DNA from: Schmidtea polychroa
Taxonomy: Eukaryota
Assembly (NCBI GenBank): GCA_044892525.1
Contig: CM097885.1
Coordinates: 26,972,001 to 27,036,000, forward strand
Length of the DNA: 64,000 nucleotides
Reading direction: 5' to 3'
Part shown: piece after piece, positions 38,086 through 49,971 of the stretch
How positions within the stretch are numbered: position 1 is the stretch's first letter
How the letters are laid out: each line of letters begins with the position of its first letter
Notes under the pieces: generated by a model
Databases searched by the model: none
Told to the model about the DNA's origin: nothing
The model's input: the letters and a program-made list of their open reading frames with translations, nothing else
Program-made: the position numbers and the translations under genes

Positions 38086-38223
38086 CTGATTGGTCCGCAA
38101 ATTCCACAATAGACTATATAAACTAGACATTGAAACAAAAATTTTAATGTCAAAATACCAAACATTTAGGTAAGATGAGTTACAATATTTTTATAATTTA
38201 ATATCAAAATACCAACCATTTAG
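38086..38223 (+). promoter_or_regulatory. CCAAT/TATA promoter with short first exon and 54-nt intron (38170-38223)
   Basis: CTGATTGG, TATAAA at about 38117, AG|GTAAG and TTTAG|. Confidence 0.65.
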
Positions 38224-38801
38224 GTCAACTACAAAACATTTAGCACTACGACAATTCACTTTACTCAAGGACTAAAATTACACGTTCCAGCTCACAAAAC
38301 TCGAAAACCAGACGCAGTTATTCATTATAAAGCCTTTAGAGAAAGATTTTGGTAAAATTTAATTTTTATCTATATTTCATTTTTGTATGTAACGTATTCT
38401 AACTACTAAATTAATGAAGGAATGGTTCGTGTTCCTTTTCCTTTTTTCATTTTTAATATCTGTAATACTTTTAATATTTTTTTTAAAAAGTTTCACATTT
38501 TATATTTAGTATTTTAATAAAGCTTTTCATTGAAATTAACTATGTTTTGATTTTTTTCGTAATATCGTACTTAAAATAATTATTAATAAATAAGAATGAT
38601 TTTTAATATGAACATTTGGCAGATAATTTATTCGCACACTCATCAGGCCATACTAGAGGTGAACCGAACAACAGTCGTCTCGTTACTATCAAAAATTTAA
38701 CCCGATAAAGACGTGAGAGTAAACGCGAACCAACAGTAACTAATTCACTCAACCTTATCTGTAATTAAGAAAAATAGCTAAAAAACAACACGACTTAGTC
38801 C

Positions 38802-38919
38802 TGATTGGACGAAAATTAGTATATAAGACGACCGTTAAGTTAGTTAAGTAATTACTCTAACTTCACTACAGGTAAAGTTTTTCAATTATTAACAATTAAT
38901 TACTCTAACTTTACTACAG
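38802..38919 (+). promoter_or_regulatory. CCAAT/TATA promoter with short first exon and 48-nt intron (38872-38919)
   Basis: CTGATTGG, TATATAAG, CAG|GTAAAG and CTAAC...TACAG|. Confidence 0.65.
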
Positions 38920-39953
38920 GACTAACTTCAGTACAGCAACTTTAACTACTAATAATCATCAGGAACTCATAGAACGACTAATTTTAGCAAACATTTTACA
39001 GATTCATTTAGCAACGATTTAGAATAGAAACTACTTTATCGCAAGTTATTACGGGACAATATTAGATTCAGGAACTTTAGCTATTGAAACCATTTCAAAG
39101 ATCCGTATATTCAGTTCAGTTTAACAGTTCGAGCAAAGCCGTTAAAGAACCAAGTAAAGATTTTGATTATTGATGATTTTATCTTTATTATTTTAATTTT
39201 TACGAGTGAATTCTAATAGTAAATTATCATGAATGTATAAATTTTCATTAAACAAAATATTATATTTATTAGCACACTTGTCTTTTCTATTCACGGAACT
39301 GGCGACGGTGCCGTTTGAAATCTCTGGATATGATGCCAATGAACCGAGGACACGAGAATTATAATTCGAATAGTTTCGAAGACATGTAGTTGGATCCTAT
39401 AGATAAAATGATTGGAAGGAAGATTCTATTATGTCAATGAGGAATCATCAGAAGAATTCAATATGAGCATTGTTGGAAAATGAACTGCGTTAGTAAAGTC
39501 CCATGTCGTGCATCATACTCAGAAACCAAAGGACATGGTCGCCAGGTAAATTTGATATTGGTGGGTTACAGGTCGTCTAATTTCTACCTACTCGCGCTGT
39601 TTCCAGCGTAACCCAGAATACAATGAAACCGTTGACCGCTTGACACCCGTTGAGCAATCAACGTTGGTACTGTGTCAAGGGTTAGGGTACTAGCAAAAGG
39701 TGAGCATGCTTAACATACTATAATTGTCTAGCACCCTCTGGGGTTCACGGACTGCCGATAGAACGCTTATGACCGATTTCTCTAGGTCCCCGTTATGACA
39801 ATTGACGTTTTCGAATAATCGGAATACACGAACGCTAACATAACAACAATGATTTTTTATTTGAGATCACCCCTTTATATGACGAGTTCATGAGGCTCTG
39901 GTAGACTCCTTCGGGGTAGTCGATTGAATTGGTGTTTGTACCAGGCTGGCCTG

Positions 39954-40276
39954 TCATCCGGGTAGCATCCTAGGGTACCCGTCGATGTCCTCCAGGTCGC
40001 CGGCTAGGGTTGCATCCTCGAGCCGTTGTAGTTGATCCACAGCTGCCTTTCCATCTTCGAAGGCTTCGACCAGAGCTAGGGAGGTGGCGTTGACGAAGGG
40101 ATCACCGGGACCACATTCTGGTAGGTCCAGTCGTGAATCTTGTACCAGATCCACCTTGACCTTAGTCGGGTGACTTCTCCATCTCGGTCCGGATTGGTGG
40201 AGTCTTCTGCCTCCTCGTGGCTCGGGTCGGTTGGTGAGGGACCGGCCTGTGCATTTCTTTGTCTAGTGTTGGGCAT
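39954..40276 (-). pseudogene. Small acidic/disordered ORF (MPNTRQRNAQAGPS...) with a frameshift near 40160
   Basis: GC-rich coding-like island; acceptor TTTTATCACAG directly before the ATG; two overlapping track ORFs. Confidence 0.45.
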
Positions 40277-40832
40277 GCCTGTGATAAAATAACATTAAGG
40301 TACTTCCTAACGAGCCTTTTGATCACCAATTCTGGTTTTATAAAGCAAATCTTAAATTCCGACTCGACCTTAGGATTAAACTTAAAGACACGGTCTTCGT
40401 CTTTTAACTTGAGAAGTATATATTGGCCAAACCAAGCTGAGGGCATAATTTTATATCTTGGCTCCAAACTTTAACTTAATGAAACTTAACTACAGCGAAA
40501 TCTTTATGCTCTGTTGGGCTGAGTCGGAAAATCAATTTGGGAAATTAGGAAAATAAAATAAGCAAGAGGCTAAAGAAAAACAAAATAAAATAAAACAAAT
40601 TACGAATAAAATATAAGAAAAACAATAATTAGGAAATAAGAATTAAAACAAAAATAAAAATAGAAAATTAAAATAGGACAATGGAAAAACGGATAAAATA
40701 ACGTAAAATTCAATAAATAATAAGGAAATTAAAGAAATAAATAGAAAATATAATAAAAATAAAGAAAATAGGAAGAAATAACCAAAAACAAGAAAAATAA
40801 ATTAAAGCAACAAAATTAAGCGGTACTCAATT

Positions 40833-40960
40833 CTGATTGGTCCGCACACACAGAAAATTAATATATAAACACGCACAAAAATCATAAAATTACTGTTAAT
40901 CTAAACATTCTACAGGTAAGAGTACTTTTAAATAATACTGTTAATCTAAACATTCTACAG
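40833..40960 (+). promoter_or_regulatory. CCAAT/TATA promoter with ~25-nt first exon and 45-nt intron (40916-40960)
   Basis: CTGATTGGTCCGCA (shared with 38086), TATAAA at about 40864, CAG|GTAAGA and TCTACAG|. Confidence 0.7.
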
Positions 40961-42826
40961 ACCTACAATAACCGACAAGGATAATCAACAATCAAAATCA
41001 TTTTCTAGGAGCATTCAGAGATCGAAATCGAGACAACTAATTACTGAGAAAGTACCGAATCTATTTCCGACTCAGCCTACAACACTACAAGTGATACGTA
41101 AGCAGATTTTTGTTTGAAAGTATTAGTAATCATGAGATGTTCGTAAAAGTAAAATTAAATGAATTATGATTTTCTTTTCGGTTGATCCCTATTAATATTT
41201 TCATATAATTTTAATGATTAAATAAATGGTTTTAATGATAAATGCGTTGTTTTAGATATATTTATGAATTAGTCGGAAAGTCTATAATTTTATGATTGTG
41301 CATTTTATGAGAAACGTGGAGTTGAGACGTTTCATGTCATGGTGTGAGGGGCCTTCGGGAGCTCAGCCGGTGGACATGAAACGTTTCAATCACGCAGCTG
41401 ACTTGGGCCGAAAAGTGGGGGCTTCCTCACGGGTCCGTCGCTGAAGGTTCCTAACTTAGTTGAAACAGTGGACTATAGATATATGAGAGATTTCAATTAG
41501 AAAATTTAGCTACGTTCATGATTCACAGTGATTTGAGGCGGCCACCACCAATTTTTCGTATCTGGAAAACTGTTATCCACCATAAGTCTGATTCGTAGCA
41601 CTAGTTCAGGCGACCGTAATCTATAAATCCGAGTTCGTCAACCCTCATCACATCTTGGTATTCAACCATCTACTTGATTCTTCCAAAAAATCATCTTAAT
41701 TCGAGAATTTTACTTCAATACCTGATAACTATCTGACGGGGTATCATAAACAACTTATACACGAAAAAGCAAAACACAAGACTTCCAATATAACCACACT
41801 TTATTTTTGAAAACGCTGGTTAACCAAAATATAGTACTTACAAAATGTTTCCGAAAATTAGCCGTCGGAGTAAGATTCATGGTCATCTTTTAGATAAGTA
41901 ATCCGATTCCCTGTCGTAGAATATATCCCACATTAGGGAAAGCCTCGTAATCATAAATCCACATTCTGCAGGTGAAAGCGAGTAAACGGAGGGGAACTGA
42001 CAAACACATAATTTTTCCGATATTGTCACCCGGTAAAATCTCATCCAACTACCCATGTGTGAATGCGAAATGCAATTGATATCGACAGTAGATACAGATA
42101 AGCATCCATGAGAATAGCACAGGACTACCAGCTTATCATGATCAGCGAGAGCATTTGTTGTAATATGTGTGCGACATGAATTATTAGATAGACAGCAGCC
42201 GGTGAGTAGGATCGATAACTATCACCGTGCAGTACACCGAACCGACCAATAAATCACTGACTTTTATCTGGTGCGAAAGTGTCTCGTGGCGCTGATAATG
42301 AGTAACAAATTAATCCGCTAGTCGACTTGGGGTCAACTCTCCACTGCAAACTATTTTTGTAATGTTCACGTTTTTAGACCACCATAATAATAAATAAACT
42401 GCCCTGCGTATATTTAAATCCTCGGCATGAAAGATATTAAATGGGAGGAGGAAATGCCTGTTGGGGGAATAATTCGTCTCGAATTATGTTAACTATAATA
42501 GTCTTGGGTCGAGGTCTAAATAATGAAGTGAGGGTTTAGGGAGGAATTCGGTGTGTGTTGAATTTAGTAATAGCATAATTGTCACCATGATCCCGGATTT
42601 TGCATTTGTCAATACAATCGTGCCTAACTATGTAAATAAAATTATGTAATAAATCTAGCAGTAACAAATTAATTACCTGAGATTGTAAATTTCTTACTAG
42701 TCAGTGTGGTCTCCTTGTTTTGTTGTAAGTATCAAATATGAATAAATAATCTGTAGGGTGGAGTGATGTCTTCATAAATGCCGTATATTTGTATAAAAAT
42801 TTTCTTCACTTTTCTATCTAACTGTC

Positions 42827-43576
42827 ATGCTACCGAATAATCGACCCGCATTACGTCCTTGTTTCTCCTGCGCCGATAAAAACTCTATTATCAAGGATCT
42901 GCAGGCCCAGATCGGTCGATACAAGAAGAAGATCGACGAACTGGAATGCACATGGTTCAGCCCAGTGCAAATGAAGGAGGTTCGAAAGAAATTATATCGC
43001 AGTGAGCATTGTCGGGATGCCCTGATTTCTGAGAGCCGTTCCCAACGGAGCTTGATAAAGGAGCAATCTGAAGCGCTCCACAAAGTATATTTACAAGCAG
43101 CAACTACGAGGCAATTAGTCAGTATACCCATTCACGAAGCGGACAATGTTTTCCCGATACATCACGACACCTCGTTTAAGTCGTCACCTCCGGCCAAGAA
43201 GTCTTGTCGGGAATGTGTTGAAGCCGACCTCTCCCCCAGGCATCCAGATATCGTTTTCCCCAAGATCGGTAAGGTGCCAATCGCCGGTACCTCTACCTCG
43301 GCGGTACCTCCGATTAGTCAGGTGGCACCAAAACCCAAGCGACGGCAATTGTCGAGAGCCGATCGCAAGAGAAAACAGCGAGAGCGCGCGGCCGCCAAGC
43401 ACAACGAACAGCCAGCGGAGAATCCTATTAGTGTTCAGCACCCTCCGACGACAATTGATCTGACCATCGGGGTCCCAGGGCGAATTATCTCCGCCGCTGG
43501 AGTGACCTGGGAGGAAAATGCCTCCGAATTCTTTGATTTGGAAGAGTTGTTGGCCGACACTGAGTGGGAAAAATGA
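42827..43576 (+). CDS. Element-encoded 249-aa protein: CxxC, coiled coil, basic NLS-like segment, acidic tail
   Basis: Intact GC-rich ORF with two clear paralogues in the window (PCFSCxDKN...FSPxQMKE...EHCRD...SEALHKVY). Confidence 0.85.
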   Translation: MLPNNRPALRPCFSCADKNSIIKDLQAQIGRYKKKIDELECTWFSPVQMKEVRKKLYRSEHCRDALISESRSQRSLIKEQSEALHKVYLQAATTRQLVSIPIHEADNVFPIHHDTSFKSSPPAKKSCRECVEADLSPRHPDIVFPKIGKVPIAGTSTSAVPPISQVAPKPKRRQLSRADRKRKQRERAAAKHNEQPAENPISVQHPPTTIDLTIGVPGRIISAAGVTWEENASEFFDLEELLADTEWEK

Positions 43577-45524
43577 GAATCCTCTGTCCGTTCAACCCGC
43601 TTCGAAAGACGAATATCAATGTTTCTTTTCTTATTTTCTCATCATTCATGTATAACTGTGCGGTGTAAATTATCAACGTTTTATCCCATCGTGAGGAAAT
43701 AAATCATGTTTGTTGCTAATGTTCTTATTATATTTTTTGTGTAAAGTTTATGACATAGATTTTAGTTATTCTAATCAATATCAGTGAAAATCTTTATAGG
43801 ATCTATAAGTGTCTTCTAAGGCCGGGTTGTTGGTTTGAACGAACGGTCTGATGATATGAGTAGACGTAAGTCCTTCTATCGGCAGTCAAGGGAAGGAAGT
43901 CGAGGCCTCAGTAAGGAGTAGTCCAAAGGTAGGGGCTCACCTGCTTACTGGCGTCTCGCCGACATAGTGCATTACCAACGTGAAGTAATTCACGGGTACT
44001 ATGCTGGAATATAAGTTGTGCGGGGTACCGCTCGGAGTTACAAAGGGAATGGATAAAACAGACAAAGTAGACCATCATCTCCTAGGCAAAAAGTGAAATT
44101 GTAGAGGTGAGTCCGAGTAGTGCCCCAGCAGCTCATTCACTTTAAAATTCAGATTAAAGAAAAATATTTTCGACCCTAATCTAATTTTACAAATTAAGGA
44201 GGAAAAATCCAACTCGTCATATACTTTAAACCTTAATTGAAAGTCAGATTTCTTATTTTTCGAATTTCTTAATTTATGATATTGTTTTAGTTCGCTACTT
44301 AATTAAAAAAATATTTTATGTCAACATGTTACTATTTAAAATTCTCTTTTTTAAATATTAATGGCTTTCCACCGAAACCAATTGCAAGGTGTCGAACGGT
44401 AATGCTTGGAGCTTTGCACAAGCTACTTACCCTCTTCTACCAACAATTGTAGTAGGTGGAACTTTCGTCTTACCACATAAAAAGGTAAATTTTATTTGAT
44501 CTGCTACAAATTGAATTTTAGGTATTTGTTTTGGCTAGTGAATTTTACTAGTGGATTGATTAGTTGCGGAAATAATGCTGGGAATTCACGGGACGTCTCG
44601 ATTTGATAGTAGAATTGGTTGGTGGATACCTAACGTAATGGAGATGGATTTGTTCAGTTCATTCGTCATTTACATCATTCGACTTTCCTTTTTCCATTTC
44701 AATCGGTAAGTTTAATTTCAAGTCAAGAATTTTTAAATGCGATCGTACATGTCTAATTATAGGATATGGTATAGTTGCACAGGGAGCTAATGGGGAGATA
44801 AATGATGATCACAACTTTAGATTTAGACTCTTGGATATATCAGCAATTCTGTGTTGACTGAGGCTGTGATAATAATAAAAATTCCTGGTGTTATTATTTA
44901 TGGTGAATTATTGCCGATATGTGACGGTTGTATGTTAATTTCTGATTAAAAATTTTGCTCTGAGATGAAAATATAGGTTGACTGAAAATTATTTCAGGGT
45001 GATAATAATAGCTGTAATAATAATGATCACATCGATGGTCTACATCACGGATGATAATGAAATCGCGATAACCTCGACACTAACGGTGCTATTACTACCG
45101 GTAACAATAGTCGATATAACGGCAGGGGGAGTAATGGCAATTTCATAATTTATTATACATATTATTGAACTTGAGGTCTATACCATTGTCTCCTCTCATT
45201 ATATAACCAGGGAGGGGTGGCTTGGGTAATTTTAGATTATGTATTTATCTATTTGATGTCTGCATATACATACTCACACACATACACCCACGTATGCACA
45301 CAGATATATAGGTATATATGTACATCATTACATTACTTTGGGGTGGGGGTTGTTACTAAAAATAGATTAGGGGGGTTTGGTAATTTTATTGGGGAATAGG
45401 ACTGTTGAAGTTAAATCTAGAGATAGGGGATTTCCAACATTAACACTTTGTTTATATTATTTTTATAAAATAAGATTATTTTAATAATATAATACCATTA
45501 GTGGGAGCGACTGAGTTAAAAGAA

Positions 45525-45775
45525 AAATTGTGAAAATAATAATGACAATCATACTAATATTAATGATGATACCGCCATTAAGGGAAACATAGTAAAAATA
45601 CTAATGACAATAATAATGATATTAATGATGATAATATTACTAATGTAAAATTTGAAAAAATAATAATGACAATAATAATGATATTAATGATGATAATATT
45701 ATTAAGGTAAAATTTGTAAAAGTAATAATGACAATAATAATGATATTAATGGTGATATTATTATCAAAAAAAAAT
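45525..45775. repeat. Minisatellite, ~63-bp unit, about 4 degenerate copies
   Basis: Recurring TAATGACAATAATAATGATATTAATGATGATAATATT. Confidence 0.8.
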
Positions 45776-48179
45776 TTATATTTTTATAAGACTATTACCT
45801 ATCCACGGCTTGAGGGGGGTTAATTATGAAAAATTGTTCAAATTAATTTCTAGACGAAGTATAAGTGAATTTATCTAAAAATAAAATAAATTAGAGCCGT
45901 TGGGTAACCATTATTGAGTATGGTCCAAGGGGGTCATTTATGGAAAATTTCTAAATTTATATCATAAAGATAATCTAAGCAAAATATGCATATAACATAA
46001 TCAAACATAGATTTGGAGAAGTACCGTTGGACGATAAAAATTTAAAGTTTTTATATAACTTGTCTTTAGTACATATAAAAATAAACCTAAAAAAGAACTC
46101 TGACGAAATAACTTAGGAATCATTTTATAATTAATCAAATAGACACAAAATAAGGATTACATTTTAACAAGTGCAAAAATCTAGATGTTAATAAAGATCG
46201 TGTACGTTTGGGTATTAGTCACATGACATAGACCTTGAGGGGTGAATATAAAAATCGTATAAGGTATTTCTGGCGAAATTAAGCTTTCGAATATAATTTT
46301 GGCTAGTTGTTATGATCCTAAATGATGAAAAGATATTTTATTCCGTGATATTTCTAGGTGTAGTAGACTTTTAGATAATAATTAGGTTTTCTAAACATTT
46401 AATTTTGTACTACTATATGATGATAGGTGGTTCGTTAGAAATTATTGTAGGGTCGTTACACTGTTAGCCTTCTAATATTAATTTTTATAACATCAAATAA
46501 GGAAAAGGTAGGTTACTTCGAAGTGGATTTTAAGTTTTCGAACCAAGATATAGTTTTCTGAAATAGTATAGTAGAAATATAATTTATTCGAAGAGGCATT
46601 GGTATCATTTTATTTAATTTCTGTCTTTATATTTTTGTTGTCTTTCCTCTTAATTAATATTGTTTATTTGATGTATTTTTTATATTTAACTGAACTTATT
46701 GCTATTTGCGTGCTATGTACCCACGCACGAGTTTTTGGGTCTAGAAATCAGTTCTAGCCCAACAATATTGATAATTTAGAAAACGAAATGAAATTATTGA
46801 CACAGTTTTATTTATGTATTATTTCACATTTATGATTTATTAGCATTGATAATTACGGTCGATCGGTCTATCGTGGCGGTCTCGATACGGTCGGTAGCAA
46901 TACCGGTGGTCCCCAGGTGAGCCTTGGTAAGTGGAAAGACCACTGAGGAGATATATAGAAATTTCGAAATATTAAAGGAAAATAAGTGCCTTCATCGAGT
47001 GGCAGACATCATAGATTAGTAGATCGCTGATTTTCGAGACTAATATCACAAGTTTCTGATATGAATTTCAACCCTTTTGATAGTTAGAGAGTGACAAGGA
47101 TTGTGGAGACAATCGAATCGTCATAAGCGTTATCAGTATAATCCGATAGGGAATAGATAATCCAATTGTCGACTTAAAAACTACAGTAGTTATTTGTGAA
47201 CATGAGATAACTAGATTCTTGCGAAACGAATAATTACTCCAGGTGGCCAGATCATGTCATTAGTTATCGCTAGATAGTAAATCCTTGACTTTCACCGTAA
47301 TTGCCAGAACATTTTTAACGTAGACATTCCAATGTAAAACGAACGTCGATAGAATTTTCTTCATTTCACCATTGTTAATTTAATAAACCGAAACCTCCTT
47401 TCATTAGATCGATGAACGCTGGTAAGGATAATCTATACATCCTGCCGACGAGATTTCATTTTCCATATAATTCATTCCAAAAATTGTCTTAGTAAAATAA
47501 ACATTGATGATAGATTAAGTAAACTAATTCGGATAAGATCGAGAAATGATTTACATAAATTGATAAACATTATTTCCATCTCTTAACGTCAATTACATAA
47601 ATCTGAAAGTCATAGCATGGGGAGTACCAGTCATCCGGGTTTTCGATAAATAAATCAGATTAGATCAAGATTAGTGCGAGAATAAACAATTTATCAGATA
47701 ATCATTCCTCACATAGAATTTACACGATAATTATCTGTGAATCAACCACGTTGTCAAACAAATTAACCACATAAACAAATCCATGTTAGTAAGAATTTTA
47801 ATAATAAGGTAAATTAAATCTTCCAAATTTCCACTTATAAACACAAATCATTTATGTTAATAAGAATATAAATTCCTTCTAAACGATTGTATTTTCTCAC
47901 GCAGTTCATGCAGTGTACGGCCGATAATACATAAAATCCCGAAAACGTTTTTTCGAATAATTAATACTTCGTCAAATGAAATGAATCATTCAGGTTGATC
48001 AAACCTCACCCTTAGTAACATCAATATTCAGGGAAAATGTCGTTCGTAAAATGTATGGAATACGGGGTATCGAGATAGTATATGGAGTGAAAGGGAAGGG
48101 AATTGTTATGAAATGCTTACTAATCTGCTACAGCTGAACTTTTCTCCTGTCGCGTTAAACTCTTATTTATTTTTCAGTT

Positions 48180-48941
48180 ATGTGCGAGCCGAATCTACAG
48201 CCGAAAGGGCCAAGACCTTGTTTTTCCTGTGCAGACAAAAATGCCGATATAAAGAAACTGCACGAGTACATAGGGGCTTTGAAGAAACGCATTGAAACAT
48301 ACGAATGCACATGGTTCTCCCCGCCACAAATGAAGGAGAAAACTAAAATCTTGAGACTGGAGCACTGTAGAGACAGTCTCCTCGAAGAAAGTAGATGTCA
48401 GAGATTGACCATCAAGGCCCAGTCGGAAGCCTTGCATAAAGTATATTCAGAATAGGAAATCCAGAAGAGAATACGGGAATACCCTATTAAGGACGGAACC
48501 AACGTGTTCCCTCTTCATCACCGAGCTGATGAACTACAATTTCCCGTAACCAATTTCACAGGACATGGAAGTCAATTTCCACTCATAGCCGATTCAATCT
48601 TGTCTGGATCATTAAAGGAATCTAAGGCACCAGTAACGAACGACAAGGAACCAATTCCCGCTCAGATTTCTAATCTCATCACCGAACCCACTACTTCGTC
48701 GCCGAAGAAGCGCAAACGCCCTTCTCGGGCAGAGAAGAACCAGAAACGTCGAGATGCGATGGCCGCTTTGGAGGCATCCTTATTTGCGGCTCAGGCGTCA
48801 AAGGACGCAATCCCAAAGAAAATTCCGCTCGTCTCGGAAGAAACTTATCGCATCATCCCTTCCGAAACTCTACACTCTCAGGAATATGCTCGGCTGCAGG
48901 TGGACATAGACGATCTGTTAGCCGATGGAGAGATGCTTTAG
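48180..48941 (+). pseudogene. Paralogue of the 42827 ORF with an in-frame TAG at 48453-48455
   Basis: The two track ORFs are in the same frame; shared motifs and acidic tail DIDDLLADGEML. Confidence 0.8.
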
Positions 48942-49203
48942 TGAACACTGATATGATATCCCAGAAAATGCTGTTCGAACCCGAATGAACCTTACTCTCG
49001 GACATTCTGTATAAAGTGATTTGGGCTCTTCATTCTATTGTATTTGGTTAAATCGAGTCTCTCGGGTGCGAAGGTATAGGGAATTCTTTTTTCTTTTCTC
49101 GATCTATTATCGACGATCATAAAGGTCGAACAGATATTTTTTCAATTTCATTACCCATGATTCCGTTACTTAACTTTGCTATTACAACTTGATTACTTTA
49201 GAA

Positions 49204-49971
49204 ATGTCGAAAACCCCAACAGCTACGACTCTTCTTCTGCCATGCTTCTCATGCACCGACAAAAACGCAATTATCAAAACATTGCAAACCCAAATCAGAC
49301 TACTGAAGAAGAAGTCAGATCATCTCGAAGGGACATATTTCACTCCCGCTCAAATGAAAGAAGTGCGAATGAAGTTGTCGCGGGCCGAACACTGCCGCGA
49401 TAGTCTGATCGAGGAGAGCCGCTCGTTGCGACTGTTAGTCAAGGAGTAGTCTGAGGCCCTGCACAAGGTCTACGTGCAGGCAACGATTACGAAAAAGATC
49501 ACCTCAATACCCATCTCGGAGGAAGATAATGTTTTCCCGGGATATCATCCATCAGTCCCGTCGGAAAATCGAGCCTGCAATAGTTGCATGGACGAGCTCC
49601 TATCGCCCACAATATCTGACGCTCGTGCCGCTGGTGTCAACAGAGTGGCCTCAAGGCCTATCGTTATCTTGAATCCAGTCCCTCCTCCGGTGGTAAAAGC
49701 AACCCCTAAGCGTCGACAACCAACACGGGCCGAACGAACAAAAAGACGGAAGCTACTCCAAGCCGAGCGAGAGGCGAAGTTGGTCTCCGAAGCCATGCAG
49801 ATGTCTCGATCTGTGCCGGCTGAAACAGTAGCTCTATCACAGCCTCCGTTTCGGGTAGTCCCATCATCCAGCACTACCTGGGAAGAAGATGCGAGAGATT
49901 TCTTCGATCTCGACATGATTTTCGCCAAAGCTTCCTCGTCGACCTTGAAACATTATGTTCAAGAATTATGA
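49204..49971 (+). pseudogene. Paralogue of the 42827 ORF with an in-frame TAG at 49447-49449
   Basis: Same-frame continuation; TWEEDARDFFDLD matches TWEENASEFFDLE. Confidence 0.82.

Larger units (their letters stand above)
40512..44130 (+). mobile_element. Long (3619 bp) solo-LTR-like element nested in 39559-46764
   Basis: TGTTGGGC...CCCCAGCA termini, 4-bp TSD GCTC (40508-40511 and 44131-44134). Confidence 0.8.
39559..46764 (-). mobile_element. Long solo-LTR-like element (about 3.6 kb without its nested insert)
   Basis: Starts TGTTGGGCTAGAACTGATTTCTAGACCC on the minus strand (identical to the start at 58160), ends CCTGTAACCCACCA, 4-bp TSD ATAT (39555-39558 and 46765-46768). Confidence 0.8.

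Noticed and set aside
38150..40960. Spliced-leader RNA genes as an explanation for the short exon plus GT donor
   Set aside because: The three exons are unrelated to each other, do not end in ATG as flatworm leaders do, and have nearby cis acceptors
43848..43854. CTGATGA suggesting a hammerhead ribozyme
   Set aside because: No properly placed GAAA or stems, and not conserved in the other copies of the structure
48453..49449. Programmed readthrough of the TAG codons in the two paralogues
   Set aside because: The stops are at different aligned positions and the 42827 copy is open; simple nonsense mutation is more likely
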